This document shows, piece after piece, positions 50,398 to 63,897 of a DNA stretch of 64,000 nucleotides. The DNA is from Octopus bimaculoides (Eukaryota). Under the pieces are notes generated by a model. The model worked only from the letters and a program-made list of their open reading frames with translations. It was not told the DNA's origin and did not search any database. Within the stretch, counting starts at the first letter, position 1, and the number at the start of each line of letters is the position of its first letter. A program made the position numbers and the translations under genes. The DNA lies in the NCBI RefSeq assembly GCF_001194135.2, contig NC_068983.1, positions 92,162,129-92,226,128 on the forward strand. Reading direction: 5' to 3'.

Positions 50398-53175
50398 CTA
50401 ATAGTCCTACAAATTTTGTGTAGCTTGGTCTATAGAATATCGGTCTTGGGCCAAGGTTGGAATTTTATAGGTGGTGATTTTGCTGCAAAGCTACAGCCTC
50501 TGCAGGATTTTACCAATTTCTCAATATCTAGATACATTTTCGACCAGTAAGGATAACTCCTCAGAAGCGACTTCATCCTAGAAATTCCTGAATATCCAGT
50601 GTGGAATTCCTTTAACATTTGATTTTGTAGTGAAACAGACATTACAACCCTCTGTGCATACATAAGCACATTATCACATATCACATCCAAGTTCAAAACT
50701 GTGTTTCATCCAACCACACATTTCTTTTATTTGTTTCTTCTGATCTCACTGTTTTGTTTCATTTCTATGATAAGTTCATCCGTTTCTGCCTTAATTTTCA
50801 TTTCCTCCAATGTGACAGGCACTTCATGCACAACATTGCACAATATATTTTTAATTTCATTTTTGGCTCTTAATGCCACTATCACTGTATCTTCTAGTGG
50901 TTCACTGTATTTTGGTATTTACCTTGACAAACCATCTGCATGTCCCAATTTTTTGAAGTCATAATTTAGTTGGATTGTTCCCCAGCACTAATCTATTGAC
51001 TGTATGTATGGGTATACCCTTTTTTGATCCATAGATCAACAATAATGGGTGTTGGTCTGTCTGCAAACAATGTATAAATTTATGGAATATTCTAACCACA
51101 AATATGATGACTAATGCTTCCTTCTCCATCTGACTAACTTTTCTCAGCTGGCAATAAGGAACGCAAAGCATGAGCTACAGCCTTTCAGGCTACCATCTTT
51201 AAATTTGTGTAAAATCACAGCTCCAATACTACTTTCATTAGTGTCTGATGCCATTACTATTTCTAAATCCAGGTCAAAATGTGGTCACAACAATTCCAAT
51301 GTTAAGATGTTTTTAATTTCCTCAAAAGCTTTTGGCACCTGTCCGACCAGTGCCACTTTTTTCAACAAGTTATTCAGGGGTACTTTTAAATCATACATAT
51401 TCAGTATGTATATCTGGTAGTAATTTGCAAGCCCCCAAAATGCTTGTAATGTAATGTTTGTCAGAGGAGGCATATTTTTTATTGCCCCTCACCTTTGACT
51501 GATCTGGTGTGCATCCATTTTCATCAATAATCTGCCCTTTTATTCTTGGCATTTACACTTTTCCTCATTGAGCTTAAAACCATAATCTTTTATTATTTTT
51601 TTTGAAGACCTTTTTAACATGCTCATCATGCTGACCACGAGATTCACTTTTTTATGAGTATGTTGTCAAGGTAAGCTATAGTGAAATCCGAACCTGTGAG
51701 CATAGTGTTTATAACATGAAAAAAATTTTCCTCCATTCAACTTCATGAAAATTTCTTCCAGACTTGGTAACGGGTAATTATATGGCATCCAACAATCATT
51801 TAACCTTGCTGAAAAATCAGGACATACACGGATTTTTTTTTTTTTTCTTGATATAAACTGTTGGGGATGCCCACTTAGCATAATCAATTTTTGCAATAAC
51901 CCCAAGCTTTTCAAGTCTATCCAATTCTTTGTTGACTTGTTTTAATGCTGTGAAAGGTACAATTGTTTTTGGTTTAAATACTGGTATAGCATTTTCTTTT
52001 ACTTGAACTTCACCTTCGTTTGGGTGCAAAGACTTAATTCATTGGAAAAAACTTCAGGAAAAGTCATTTTTAATTCATTTGATACCTTATTTGTACTGGT
52101 GGAAGAACCATTCACATTTTTACAAAAAAAAACTTATGGGGATGTCCCATAAATTAAATAATTCCGTCCAGTCTGTTTCAAATAAACTTATCATATTATT
52201 CAGCACAAAAACTTTGGCTTTCAAGGTTTTTCCATGAAATGTAACGTCACTTATCATTTTACCCTTAAAATATAATTTTTTTCCTGAAACACCATGTGCA
52301 ATTTTTGAAATTTCTTTCAATCTAGGTTTCCTGGTTTTTCTCTATGTATCTGCATTAATTATCGTGATATCACTGCCCATATCCAATTGTAACTCGATAT
52401 TCACATTATTCATTTTTATGGACTCAAATTTTCTTTTCTGGGCCTCGCTTAGAATTTTTGTTGACAGTACTTTCTTACCAGAATTTTGTTCATTTGACCT
52501 TTCTTTTGTTTTGTTCTACAATGTGAGCTTTTATGTCCAATTTTCCCACACTCAAAGCATTTTAAATTTTTGAAAGGACAGTTACCTTTAAAATGTAAGC
52601 CTCCACACCCATAGCATGGATTGGGTCTTGACATTTGTTTTTCTTGTTTTTTGTCCATTACAAGTCAACATGCATAAATATGAGAGCAGTCTTTTTCTTC
52701 AGATTTATCCATGTCATGTCTTAAATTTATCCACGTCATGTCTTAAATTTATCATCCTCTGGCATTCTTCTGCTACTGCCTGTAGAGTTAATTTTTGGTC
52801 CAGTTCAAATTTTGTGAATATCCAGAAACATATATCTGCATCTTTGCTTGTAATTAGCCCCTCAACAAAAATTCAGCATATAAACATGTCTGATGTTAGT
52901 TCATTCACCGTAACAACCCATGTAATTTGCACACCTGTATAATTCATGCAGGTGATTTTCAGGATAAAAATTGTTTAAAAAAAGCTTCTACTTGTGTAAA
53001 ATTTGCACCCAAAAGGTTTCAGAATTGCCAATATGGCCAGGGGAAAAAGGTTTTCAGTTTAGCTGTATTTAGCATAATTTCACTTATGATTAGATTTAAT
53101 TAAATTTTCATTAAATAAAAATGATTTCTGTTTAGCAGGTATTACATTGAAAGCTATTAAATTACGAAGTGTTTG

Positions 53176-53212
<37 letters not shown>

Positions 53213-54599
53213 TTAACGTCTGTTTGTTTATAATAAACTTTATTTTACATTTCTTGCCCACAAGAGATTATGTCTGATCTTTAGCATACTTCTGTATGTC
53301 TTCTCAAATCACGATCACAGGAATAGTTGTTAATTCTTATCAACAAAAACAAAGCTGATAAATACACACAAGTATTTAAATGAATTGGTAATTAAATAAG
53401 TTTAATTACCAATAAACATCAGCTTGGATGACACGTTACTCAACTGACAGAAGAAGGTGACCAATCAAGCTGATTATGTAAACAGAATTCTGATTGGTCG
53501 AAAGTGTCTTCTTGTCTCAAGCTCTGATTTTCCACCTATTCTTGTCAGAACCTTTGATACGGGGTTTCAAAATTTTAATCCCTTTCACACTTATAAAATG
53601 TCAAGCAAACTTTAGAATTGTCATTACCGTTTTAGCCAGGAGACCAAACTGATAGTTTGGTAACCTGCTAAAACAAACATTAAAAATTGAAAGGAGAAAA
53701 TAAACAGCTTTGCAAGTTTAACTCGGTGTTTGTTGAACAAAAGAGATGCGAAATTTAAGAAGAAACCTGTTAGAATATACACGTTTGTGAGGAGACATAA
53801 ACAAGAATAACTAAAATCTACTATATCAAAAGAACTGGTAATTCATACATTACAGGTGTTCTATGAAGAGAGCATAAGATTGCTGCATAATTCAACATGA
53901 ATGTGAAATGACATTAAACATCATATAAGGTAAATGAAGGTTTCTGTAGGAACGCTAAGTAATATTCACTTAGTGAGTTTGCATGCGCAAGGATGAATTA
54001 TGATGTTGTCATCAGCATTAGATGCATAAGAGCTGGTAGCAGTGATGTTGGCAGTGATGAATTTTATTGTCCTAATGTGGAGAAAGCGAGCAGTAGCTTT
54101 CTGGAGGCAAACACAAGCTAGACTTCTTAAACAGAGAAAGATTGATCTATTTAAGGAAATTGCTGGGCTCTATTGCGATAGGTAGAAACTCTAAGCAATG
54201 TAAAATATGGCCTGAACTGTGATTATCAGCATGAGCATCAAACTTCAAAAATTAGTTAACCATTTAATGGTTTTAGTAAATTTATACAGAAAATGTAAGC
54301 ATTATACTGGCCAGCATAAATAAAAGTCAACTTCAGCGTATTTTTTCTGTAAAAAATCTATTCTGACATTAAATGAGTCCAGTTCTAGTACGAATGTTTA
54401 CATTTGTATGTCATTTTTCAACAAAAAACACAGGTCACTTTGCTTGCAGCAGGCTGCTTTGGCAAAAGATTTGCCCTTTAAATTGGCATGTCAGAGAAAA
54501 CATTGACGCCTAAGTGCACTGAAAAAAGAATGGCAGAATAGCATTTTTAAACATTCCAGAGGAAATAGATGAAGATACTAAAAAAGATTATTATATATG

Positions 54600-56130
54600 A
54601 ATGTATTTCAACAAAAACCAGAAGACTGGAATGAGTGATGCAGGCCCAGATCAAACAGTGCCAAAGATCAGTGTGGGGAATAAGCACTTATGTCACTCAT
54701 GGGAGATGCTTTGGCACAGTTGAGGTGAGATTCCCAACTGAAGAAATGGCCAAAAAAAAGTGTAACAGCAACCCTCAAAAGTGAAAAATTGTGGCTAATT
54801 CTGAAATACCTCTGTCAAAGGGTTGTTAAAATAAAGGTAGAAGAGGTTCCACTAGAAGCATACACATCTCTTTACTGTTGGCAAGCTGTATTATACAGCA
54901 TACAGAGCAAAACAATAAGTCCCTAAATGCACAAAATGTGAAAGGAAAATTTGTCTAGCACAGGAATGGAATTATGGACACATGTTGATTAGAACAGTAT
55001 CAAAGCAATTCCTGACCTGATCAATCTCCCTAATGGTACACAGTTATTCATAACATTTGACGGCAGAAAACTGAAATGCTACATTTGTGGCAAGACAAAG
55101 GCTTTCTGCCTCATTTAAAAAAAAAAGGATCCCTCCACCTGCTGAAGACACATCTAACACAACAACAACATCAAAAGCAACAGTAGCAGCACCACCAACA
55201 ATAGCACCAACTGCATCAGTGCCAAGAGCAGTAGCATCCCAAACAACAATAGCATGAACAGAAAGAGCAGCTGGAGAAATCTACTCAATAACATCAGCAG
55301 CAAATACCGGTACCACACCGAAGAAAAACAACATCACCTGCATCATTGCAAGTGAGTGAGGCCTCACCAGTCAACCAGATCACCAGCTTAGATATGAGTG
55401 ACTGTGCAGACATGCCTCTCCATCTGCCATAGATTTCTCTGGCTATGAAAACTCATCTAATGAGGAAAACAGTTTGGGAAAACTACCAGAATGAATCCTG
55501 ATGAAAGAGAAGAGAAAAAATTTTTTTATAGAAAACATAGTACAATACTGAAAACGAAGAGGTTAGAGGAGATACAGAAACCAACAAACCATCACACACT
55601 CTACACCATCACAATTACAAACATCTCTAACACTACAAGCACCATCACCATTACAAACACCCCCGACAAACATAGCAATCAAGACTAACAACGTGAACAG
55701 CTCTCTCAAGGCATCATCAATTACATGACCATCAACACAACAACAAGGACTTATTAAAAATACATTAAAAAATGTACAGACATTACTCTAAATTAATGCA
55801 TTATACCCCTGCATAACATACCTATTCAGATAAAAATTATAAAAACAATACAACAAATTCAGAACAAACTAAGTAAATGGGCAGTTTGAAAGACGATGTG
55901 GGGAGGGCACTTGCCCTAATGGTCAAAGTGACTATAGTTTTGTGGGATCTCTTTGAGCTGCCCTAGAAAGTCACTTTTGGGGAATTTTTCATAGTTAAAA
56001 TTTATTTTAACATTTTTACTGTTTAACCACTTCATTTTATGTAAGCTCACATTGTATCATCCTGTACCATCCCCAGTATTTTATGTGAGCCCTTAGTGGT
56101 GAATAAAGAAAGCATCATTATTATTATTAT
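54600..56130 (+). mobile_element. Possible L1/Tx1-like LINE relic (ORF1 knuckle and 3' end)
   Basis: IKAIPDLINLPNGTQLFITFDGRKLKCYICGK resembles a Tx1-type ORF1; AATAAA plus (ATT)n tail near 56100. Very degraded. Confidence 0.35.
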
Positions 56131-56170
56131 TACTACCATTAGCACCATCGTTGTATTCATTCATCTATAT

Positions 56171-57480
56171 CACTGGTTAACAAGTTTTCTGGCACAAGGT
56201 TTATCAATGGCTTTTGGCTAATTTTAGGGTGCTGAATCCAAATCTGGGATCAGATTTTGTCTATTACATCAGATTTTTGAGATATAAATTCTTTTACTTT
56301 TGCTAGAAACAGCTATTTAATGCTCATAAAGGAAAAATTAGATATACATAGATGCAATTTTTAATGGACATATGTCTTTTTTTTAAACCTAATGAATCAA
56401 AACTCAAAGTTGTGGGAGTAAATGCACATTAGCATGTAAGAATTAAGCTTGGTGATAACAAAGTGAATTCTAAATCTCTGTTCATTGTGGTTATTCATTC
56501 TGATCATCTTATTACTGCAAAGATTCCTCTTTTTTGATGATCTCTTGTGCACAGCTTCTGGAATGTCTTTCATCAAGCTCCAACAGTAGTCTGTCATGTT
56601 TTGAGTCCCATTGGCTTCGGTAGCATTCTTGCATTACTTTTACATCTTGATGAAAGTGTTCACCTTGTTCTTCACTAACATCACCCAGTTCTTTGGAAAC
56701 TCACTCAAGTGACTGTGTAAGTAGTGCAATTTAATGCTCATTCTACAGCGAAGTGCTTGCAAACTCAAGAGCAGCTCCTCCACAATCTTTTGATAGTTGT
56801 TAGCTTTCCTGTTCCCAAGGAAATTCCACACCACATCAGAGAAGGCATTCCGAGTTCTAGCCTCCACTGCATCATTGTTGTAACAAAATGCTGATCCTTG
56901 AGGAGTGTTCTGCCTTCTTCTTCTTGTCACTGAGATTTGGAAAGGTTGTACATATATATCTGGAGCAATCTCCATTGTGATCAAGAGCTTTGATGAATTG
57001 CTTCATCACAGCAAGTTTTATGTGCAGTGGGGGGGAAAACAATGTTTTTCCTATCAACTAGAGTGTCATTAATGACATCTTTATCACCTAGTATCAGACT
57101 GTTTCTTGGGTGGGTGGGGGTGTTATTCTTTTTTCACCCAGTGATCCTTTGTAGCCCTATTGCAGTAGCACAGAAAACAAGAGTGCTTAATGTAACCTAC
57201 TTGCTGGCCCACTAGAAGGTTTACCACTTTCAAACTGACACAAATTACCCATCTATGAACATTATATTGCAACCTTTCCAGAACAATATTGATGTTGGCA
57301 TACTCCTCTTTCATTTCTATAGAGTGTCCTATTGGGATTGAGCCATACAAATTCCTATTGTGAAGTAAAACACACTTCAAGCTGCTTTTAGAGCTGTCAA
57401 TAAAATGTGAATTATATGCCAGCAGTCTCATATTGAGAAGAAGCTCTTCAATATCATTACAATAAACAGGTGATGTTGGG
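56171..57480 (-). mobile_element. CMC-superfamily (Chapaev3-like) DNA transposon, 5' truncated
   Basis: CACTG terminus at 56171. Transposase FIDSSKSSLKCVLLHN..SIPIGHS, GQQVGYIKHSCFLC, PPLHIKL..MKQFIKAL, FLGNRKANNY..MSIKLHYLHSHL, MTDYCWSL. Confidence 0.7.
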
Positions 57481-57489
57481 GGAACAAAC

Positions 57490-57494
57490 ACAGA

Positions 57495-57536
<42 letters not shown>

Positions 57537-57710
57537 CACACATATATACAACAGGCTTCTTTCAGTTTCCGTCTACCAAATCCACTCACAATGCTTTGGT
57601 CAGCCCGAGGCTATAGTAGAAGACACTTGCCCAAGGTGCCACGCAGTGGGACTGAACCCGGAACCATGTGGTTGATAAGCAAGCTACTTACAACACAGCC
57701 ACTCCTGCGT
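57490..57710 (-). mobile_element. (CA)n microsatellite plus tRNA-derived SINE
   Basis: Reverse complement gcaggagtggctgtgttgtaagtagcttgc..ggttccgggttcagtcccactgcgtggcaccttgggcaagtgtcttc with A/B-box-like head. Confidence 0.72.
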
Positions 57711-58982
57711 ATATATTCTCTATATCATTTTGTGTATATTAATAGTATATAATGTAAAGTAATTATGATAAAATATTGCATAATAAGTTATATGCAATTA
57801 TATATTGATCTTGCAGTTTCAATAGAATTAAATACTAACAAATGATATGTCTATTAAGTATTATATAGATTGTTGTATATTTTTCTGTCATTTATTGAGC
57901 AGCCAACAATAAGATTTATATGCAATAAAAATGCAAAACGTCCTTTCTATCTTAAATAACTCTTAATTTTTTTCATTCCATGGAATTTCCATGGGTCCTG
58001 CTAGTACTTGATATTAGAAATGCCTCAATATTATCAGCATTTAAAATTAACTTAGGATTTGCTTTCAACAATCAGTATCGTAATCATTTTAAAATTAACT
58101 TAATTCATTGATTTAAATCTTATAATCTGAGAAATCTAATGGTGTAAATAAATATATCAGTATTCATAAGAAAATTCTCATTTTGGTTTGAAGATTTCAT
58201 AGATTGGAAAAATTTAATTCCAATTATTACACAGTCTGAGAGAATTCCTATTTGCTACTTTTTTCTATTTCTATTATATTCTTATGTGATCAAGTAATTT
58301 GTTTAAATTTACTAAATTTAAATCTTTTACAAGGAGAGCATTCCTATTTTACATGTAAATTTCATCAATATTTAGCTAATGTAATAACTTTGAAAATCTA
58401 TCATTATCTTAAACTATTTTAATTTCTTAATTCTATCAAATGATAGTGTGGTGCTACAATGTCATCTTAAAGTAAAAGATGGATTAGATCCATCATTGAA
58501 TTTAACATGTAGTCATCAACAACATTCTTTTGTTTTTCCTAAGCACAAAGGAGGTAAAAAAGTCTGAAATGTTGATTTTTTTCATGAAATGCCTTTCTCA
58601 ATTACATCAGAAGTATCATTTAATCAAAAGTTTACCACCTTCATTACAACACTCACATTAATAACAACATCAACATTATGATATGAACTTGTTTCTCTCC
58701 ATTTGTTCCGTAATAATTTTTAACTTAAATGCTTTGAGAAAGTTGCAAGCTGAACCAATACTGCCCAAACTAATATGGCATTCAGTGGTGTTTTACCAAT
58801 AAAACAATAGATTTACATATTTAATGATGAACATTGTGATATGTACAAGCCTTCATGGATTTTCTGAGAATGCTTCAAATTGAATGAGCCATAAATGTAA
58901 ATAATGTTGTGAAAAGTGTTGGATTCAATCTCTTTAAGGACAGAAATATTCTCTTTACTATTTTTTTGTTTTGTTTATTTAG

Positions 58983-59110
58983 AAAATCTTCTCCGTGGAA
59001 GCATTGCAACAGATCAGGACAGTCGATCCAGTTGGCCTGAGCGTAGCCGTGGTAGTGTGGTACATTTTCCAGATAGTGAATGTTCTGATGATGAAGATAG
59101 TCCTTCTGAG
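58983..59110 (+). CDS. scrib: Scribble exon (post-LAPSD linker)
   Basis: Acceptor ttgtttatttag, donor GTTAGT. (E)NLLRGSIATDQDSRSSWPERSRGSVVHFPDSECSDDEDSPSE. Phase 1 in, 0 out. Confidence 0.82.
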
Positions 59111-60552
59111 GTTAGTTTTTCTTATTTCGCTTAACAAAATTCTTGTATGGTTGACAAATTATACTTCCTTAATTAGCTCTATCTACTATACTCTAATCAC
59201 TCTTCTATCAATTACATCCCCTAACTATCTTATGTCCTTCAACTAACTTTCTAAACTAGTTGTTTTCAACAGAGTATTACAATATTATGTCATTTTGTGT
59301 TGCTAAAATTTTTCACTTATTTAAATATTATAAGATAATGATGATGATGATTCATCAAAGTAAACTGGTTGGCTTAAGATACAGTTAAAATTCAGTTTTA
59401 AACTGATATGTTTATGATCATCCAACCATGATTAGCATGATTTTTTTTCTACCTTTGGGTAAGTAGTGGGAGGGTATGACTTGTCTGTGATGTTTGAAGA
59501 GCAAGTCCAGTATATGAGTAATTAGTTAATCACATAACAATCACTGTCTAGATTTGCTAATTGCTAGATAAATACTTTTTTAAGAGCAAGAGAAACACTA
59601 AGGTTCATTCATGTTGAGCCAAAAGTTTCATTAAATAGTAATTGTGAATATACATGACAAAGATAGGTAGAAGTAGTCATGAATTTTGAGCTCATCTTAT
59701 TGCAAGCATTTCATTGTCATTTGGCAAGGTACTTGTTTATATTTGTTTTTGTTTGACTAATTAAAGAATAATTGTAGAGCCTTCTGTGAAATTTCTCTGC
59801 AATACTTATTTCTTAACAGAGATTGTATTTACTTATGAGCTGTTTTAGATTATGGAAGCATTAACTATCATTCTATGATGCTGCAGAATTTGCTGATCTT
59901 TGTACATAGCCATAGTTGTCCAAGCCTATAAGGTACTGGGCTAAGCAAAATGGTCAGTAGTTTATATTCTTGATGCTTACTCAGCTGTAGGTAGGTAATA
60001 TTGGCTGGTTGCATTTATTTATTCCTCTCAGTAAAAGTAGCTCTGCAAAATCACCAAGTACTTCTTGGCTTATGGTGCTTAGTTCAACTTTTATAGATGT
60101 CAACAAATGGCTTGGGTCCCACTGATTTCATCCTATATGCTCAAATCTGCTATATTTGTAGTTTTGATCTTTAATTCACTGTCCTGAAGATGGACAAGGT
60201 TTTTGTTTATACAACTGTACCCCAACCTATTTCCAACCATGAAACCTGTTGCTCTACAAAATAAACTGCATAATTGAAACTTATCTCTCCCAAATTGCAT
60301 CCCTCAGAAACTTCTTTCTCTCGTGTACATATATATATATATATATACATAATTAAAAAGGAATGTAAAAATACATCATGAAGGATATATCATAAACAAT
60401 TCGTAATTATTTATGAATATATCAATGGCCAAATATGTAATCATAAATCTCATAAAGGAAGTGTGTATAATTATGACTGCTATTTCTAGACATGAAAGGG
60501 TTTTTGCAACCCTCTCCATTATAATTGTGATTTATTCATAATTATACACACT

Positions 60553-60589
<37 letters not shown>

Positions 60590-60798
60590 AGCTGGTAAAA
60601 AAGCTTAACTCCCAAAACTCTTTTTAAAATAGATTATCAACTGATTTCTCTATCTTCATCTCATAATGCTCTCCTTCCACAAGATATGGTTACTTCAGCT
60701 GTGAAGAAACCCATTCTCTTTTAGTTCAGAAACCAATTTCTTTATTTTATTTTAATATTCTTAATTCTTAACACTTCACTATTACTATATCTCCATAG

Positions 60799-60912
60799 GG
60801 TCACCTAAGGCGACATGGCACACCTCATCCCCGCGAACTGAAGAATAGACATGCTAAGCTGCTGAAAAAAGAAATTGATGGTCATGTTATACCACATGAA
60901 AAGGACAAAAAG
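60799..60912 (+). CDS. scrib: Scribble exon containing the conserved TPHP motif
   Basis: Acceptor ctccatag, donor GTAACA. GHLRRHGTPHPRELKNRHAKLLKKEIDGHVIPHEKDKK matches the Scribble R..TPHP.(E/D)LK motif. Phase 0/0. Confidence 0.88.
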
Positions 60913-61369
60913 GTAACATGGGTTCTAATAGCATTTCTTCTGGTTTTAGAGAATTTAGAATCTGGATTGATTATCTTCATAATACAGAAGTCATCAAAAT
61001 TACAAACAATACTGATCATATGTACTTGGATTCACGATTAATGTATTTGTTGGGATGTGTATGCTACATCTAGAATGATACTTAAAGTTATCCTTTATTG
61101 TGAGCTTCTATTCATTCTACTCAAATATTAGTTCCTGGACTCCATTGCAAAAATGTCTTGAGGCAGAACATTAATGCCTTCATAATTAATTGAATGAGTG
61201 ATAGCTGCAAATGCAAAATGATAATTCTGGAAACTGAAAATTATTTGTGGAGAATTTTCTGAAAATGTAGCTTTTTTTTAATATGAGATTATATATTGAA
61301 GACTGACAAATACATGGCTATTAGACTCCAAATAGTAGAAAAGAAAGGATGGGATAGTCCACCACCACA

Positions 61370-61378
61370 ATGATGATG

Positions 61379-61430
<52 letters not shown>

Positions 61431-61440
61431 CAACAACAAC
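61370..61440. repeat. (GAT)n(AAT)n(AAC)n microsatellite
   Basis: Directly visible; abuts the 5' junction of an R4/Dong copy. Confidence 0.95.
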
Positions 61441-61449
61441 GATGATGAC

Positions 61450-62135
61450 CAAGTGGCTGAGAAGTCCAGGACTGAAAGCAGAGACTGAAGGTTTCATATT
61501 CTCGGCACACTATCAAAGTTGCTTACTAGAAACTACCTGACTAACATTCTTCAAAATGGTTCTGACCTTAAATGCAGATTCTATGACAAATTTGATGAAA
61601 CAATAAACCATCTCATTTTGGGATGTCCTGTGCCGACACCAAACAAATACAAAAATCACCACAATAGGGTAGGACAGTATTTACATTGGAAAACATGTAA
61701 ACACTACAAAATTGGCACTCCTGCTTACTGGTATGAACATCATCCTGAGTCAGTCATTGAAAGTAAAAATGTCATTATCCTCTGGGATTTTCCAGTCAAC
61801 ATCGATAGAACAATCCCGGCTTATCAGCCAGACATAATTATTAAAGACAGGGAAGAAAATACTTGTAGACTAATAGATGTAAGTGTTCCCACTGACAAAA
61901 ATATATCTGTGAAGGATTTTGACAAATTAAGTAAATATGAGGACCTGGAAATTGAAATACAAAAGATGTGGCATCTTAAAGCAAGAACTGTTCCTGTTAT
62001 TGTAGGTGCCCTAGTTATGATAAAAAAAGGGATGTCAGAAACATCTAGACAGCATCCCAAGAGAACCATGTCTCAGAGAAGTCCAAAAGACTGCTGACAG
62101 GTACTGCCCACATCCTTAGAAAACCCTATCAATTT
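61450..62135 (+). mobile_element. 5'-truncated R4/Dong LINE (CCHC + RLE)
   Basis: KWLRSPGLKAETEGF, ETINHLILGC..YKNHHNRVGQYLHW, LWDFPV..D....QPDIII..CRLIDVSVP..DKLSKYEDLEIEIQKMW..VPVIVGAL. Confidence 0.87.
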
Positions 62136-62407
62136 AAATGTCTGTGTTGTATTACATGAAGATATTTTGCTACTGCCCCTGCCACTTTCCTCCTCAGACT
62201 TTCAGTCATACTATAACATCTCTTATCCTTCACTCACCCTAGGAAGCTGGCTGTGTCTCAGCAAGTGAGACATGCACTCACTCACACATGCATACTCATT
62301 CTCTCTCTCCTCCCTCTTTCTCTCCCTCTCTCTGCTTCCATCCATGCATAAGAGAAATCATTTTTATGTTTTTTGTTTTGTTTTTCTCTTTTTCTTTTTT
62401 GTAACAG

Positions 62408-62519
62408 GACCAATCCTTCATGCCACAAAGGGATCCACGCTGGCTAGAAGCTTCTGATGATTCTGGTTATTTAGAGAAAAAGAGTTTACCTCAACCTACT
62501 TATACCATACCTCCAAAAG
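62408..62519 (+). CDS. scrib: Scribble exon (linker)
   Basis: Polypyrimidine tract plus acag acceptor, donor GTAAGT. DQSFMPQRDPRWLEASDDSGYLEKKSLPQPTYTIPPK. Phase 0 in, 1 out. Confidence 0.78.
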
Positions 62520-63077
62520 GTAAGTCACAACTTAAGGATAATATCTAGGATACAAATATTAATGTTGTTTTGTCAATTTTTCATTATGGTATTGTCATTC
62601 TAACCAAAAAATCAAACAATGCTCACTTAAATGTCTGAAAATGTAAATGTCTATGGCAAAGATTAAGGGCGCAGTTCACTGAGCTGTAAATTGTTATCTT
62701 GGGAAAATAGTTTATTAATTCAACCAATATCATAGGCCCTGCATAATTTATGTTTTAATATGCTGCATTACTTTCCTGAAATCCTATGGGCATGTCACGT
62801 GACTGTTTAATAGTATAAATAAGGTAATTTAGTCTAATGGCAGTATTGTTGAGTGTTATAAAGTTGTGAAAGTAGTTTGTAGTCTATGACTAATTCAAAT
62901 TGTCTACATGATATATTTCATCACTTCAGAAGTCAAATTAAATCCATGACTAAGGTAAGAAATTCATAGGTACCTCATTATATGAACAATGAATATTGTT
63001 GAAAAGTATAAACTGAAGTTCATTTCCTCTACCTTCAACTATCAGCTGATCAAAAATTCTTTATTCCAATTATCTAG

Positions 63078-63418
63078 AAAACAATATATCTAAGCAAGTT
63101 GGGGAACAAAGTTATGTCTCTGTGCCATATATGTCTACAAAGCCTGAAGAACCAGAAGAATTAATCAAACTTGAGCCAGAAGAAGTTGAAGATACTATAC
63201 CGAAGGAATGTCAACCTCTTTTGCTTTCTGAAACTTTAGTTTATCCAGAGGCCATTAGAAAACCTCCACAGATGCTAACACCAGGTGACTCTGATGACAT
63301 AGATTCCTCTTCGGTTGAAAGACCAGCTACTAATTTAGAATCTGATGGAGGTTTTGCTGAAAATGAACAAGAAAATGGTGATATTGGAAATTCAGAAAAT
63401 GATTATGCTGATGATGAG
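63078..63418 (+). CDS. scrib: Scribble exon (acidic linker expected just before PDZ1)
   Basis: Acceptor tatctag, donor GTATGG. (E)NNISKQVGEQSYVSVPYMSTKPEEPEE...ENDYADDE is open for 113 codons and phase-compatible with the previous exon. Confidence 0.8.
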
Positions 63419-63848
63419 GTATGGCATCTGTTTCTTCATTAAAACATTTTCAATTAACTTTTTAATTAAGAAAACAAATTCACATTCCCTTTTTGAGTAG
63501 ATGCTATGGTGTGATTAAACTATATGAATATATTCAGTGGGCACTAGTAAAAAAAAATTGCAAATTTATTGAGATTATGAACTTCTTCTATTCTACTTGT
63601 AAAACTCGTAAGTTAAAATAAAGTTTATTTAGTTCAATTCCACATAAATGTACTTGTAAAATATGCCTCTTGAACATGTTTAAATTACAACTGTAGGTGA
63701 AGTATAATGACTGCCTAGACTATTTGTGTATGTTTTTGTATGGGTTCAAATTTTTCAAAGGCCATAGTATTGTACTTCAAAGCTAGATGTAAAGCTCTGC
63801 TTGTTTTAGTTTGTCTGGTTAACAATAAGTTCCACTTCTATTTCACAG

Positions 63849-63860
63849 ATGAATGATTAG
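63849..63860 (+). CDS. scrib: Candidate alternative terminal exon (M-N-D-stop)
   Basis: Strong acceptor ttccacttctatttcacag; in-phase ATG AAT GAT TAG; all three frames close immediately; AATAAA 38 nt downstream. No transcript evidence available. Confidence 0.45.
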   Translation: MND

Positions 63861-63897
63861 CAATAGTAAAGGATCCAGTTACAAAAGAATTGCTCCA

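Larger units (their letters stand above)
44230..53100 (-). mobile_element. Mag-like Ty3/Gypsy LTR retrotransposon (gag-PR-RT-RH-IN), degraded, with two piggyBac insertions
   Basis: Gag LTLQAVAEECQRMINLRHD; twin knuckles CYGCGGLHFKGNC and CFECGKIGHKSSHC; PR LQLDMGSD; RT WASP..IRVCPDFS..YPLP; RH SQMEKEALVIIF; IN FHTGYSG..MKSLLRSY..CRGC, GVLDSIVSNSCTQF, HPRSDGQVE; C-terminal GDKVFFRVY. Polypurine tract near 44396-44406. No matching 5' LTR recognised. Confidence 0.85.

Noticed and set aside
53220-53560. 5' LTR of the Mag-like Gypsy
   Set aside because: No recognisable match to the sequence after the polypurine tract at about 44200-44395.
57900-58900. Possible very old Penelope RT relic (YIDD-like and E.EK..FLD-like traces on the minus strand)
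   Set aside because: Too degraded to support by eye; needs a profile search.
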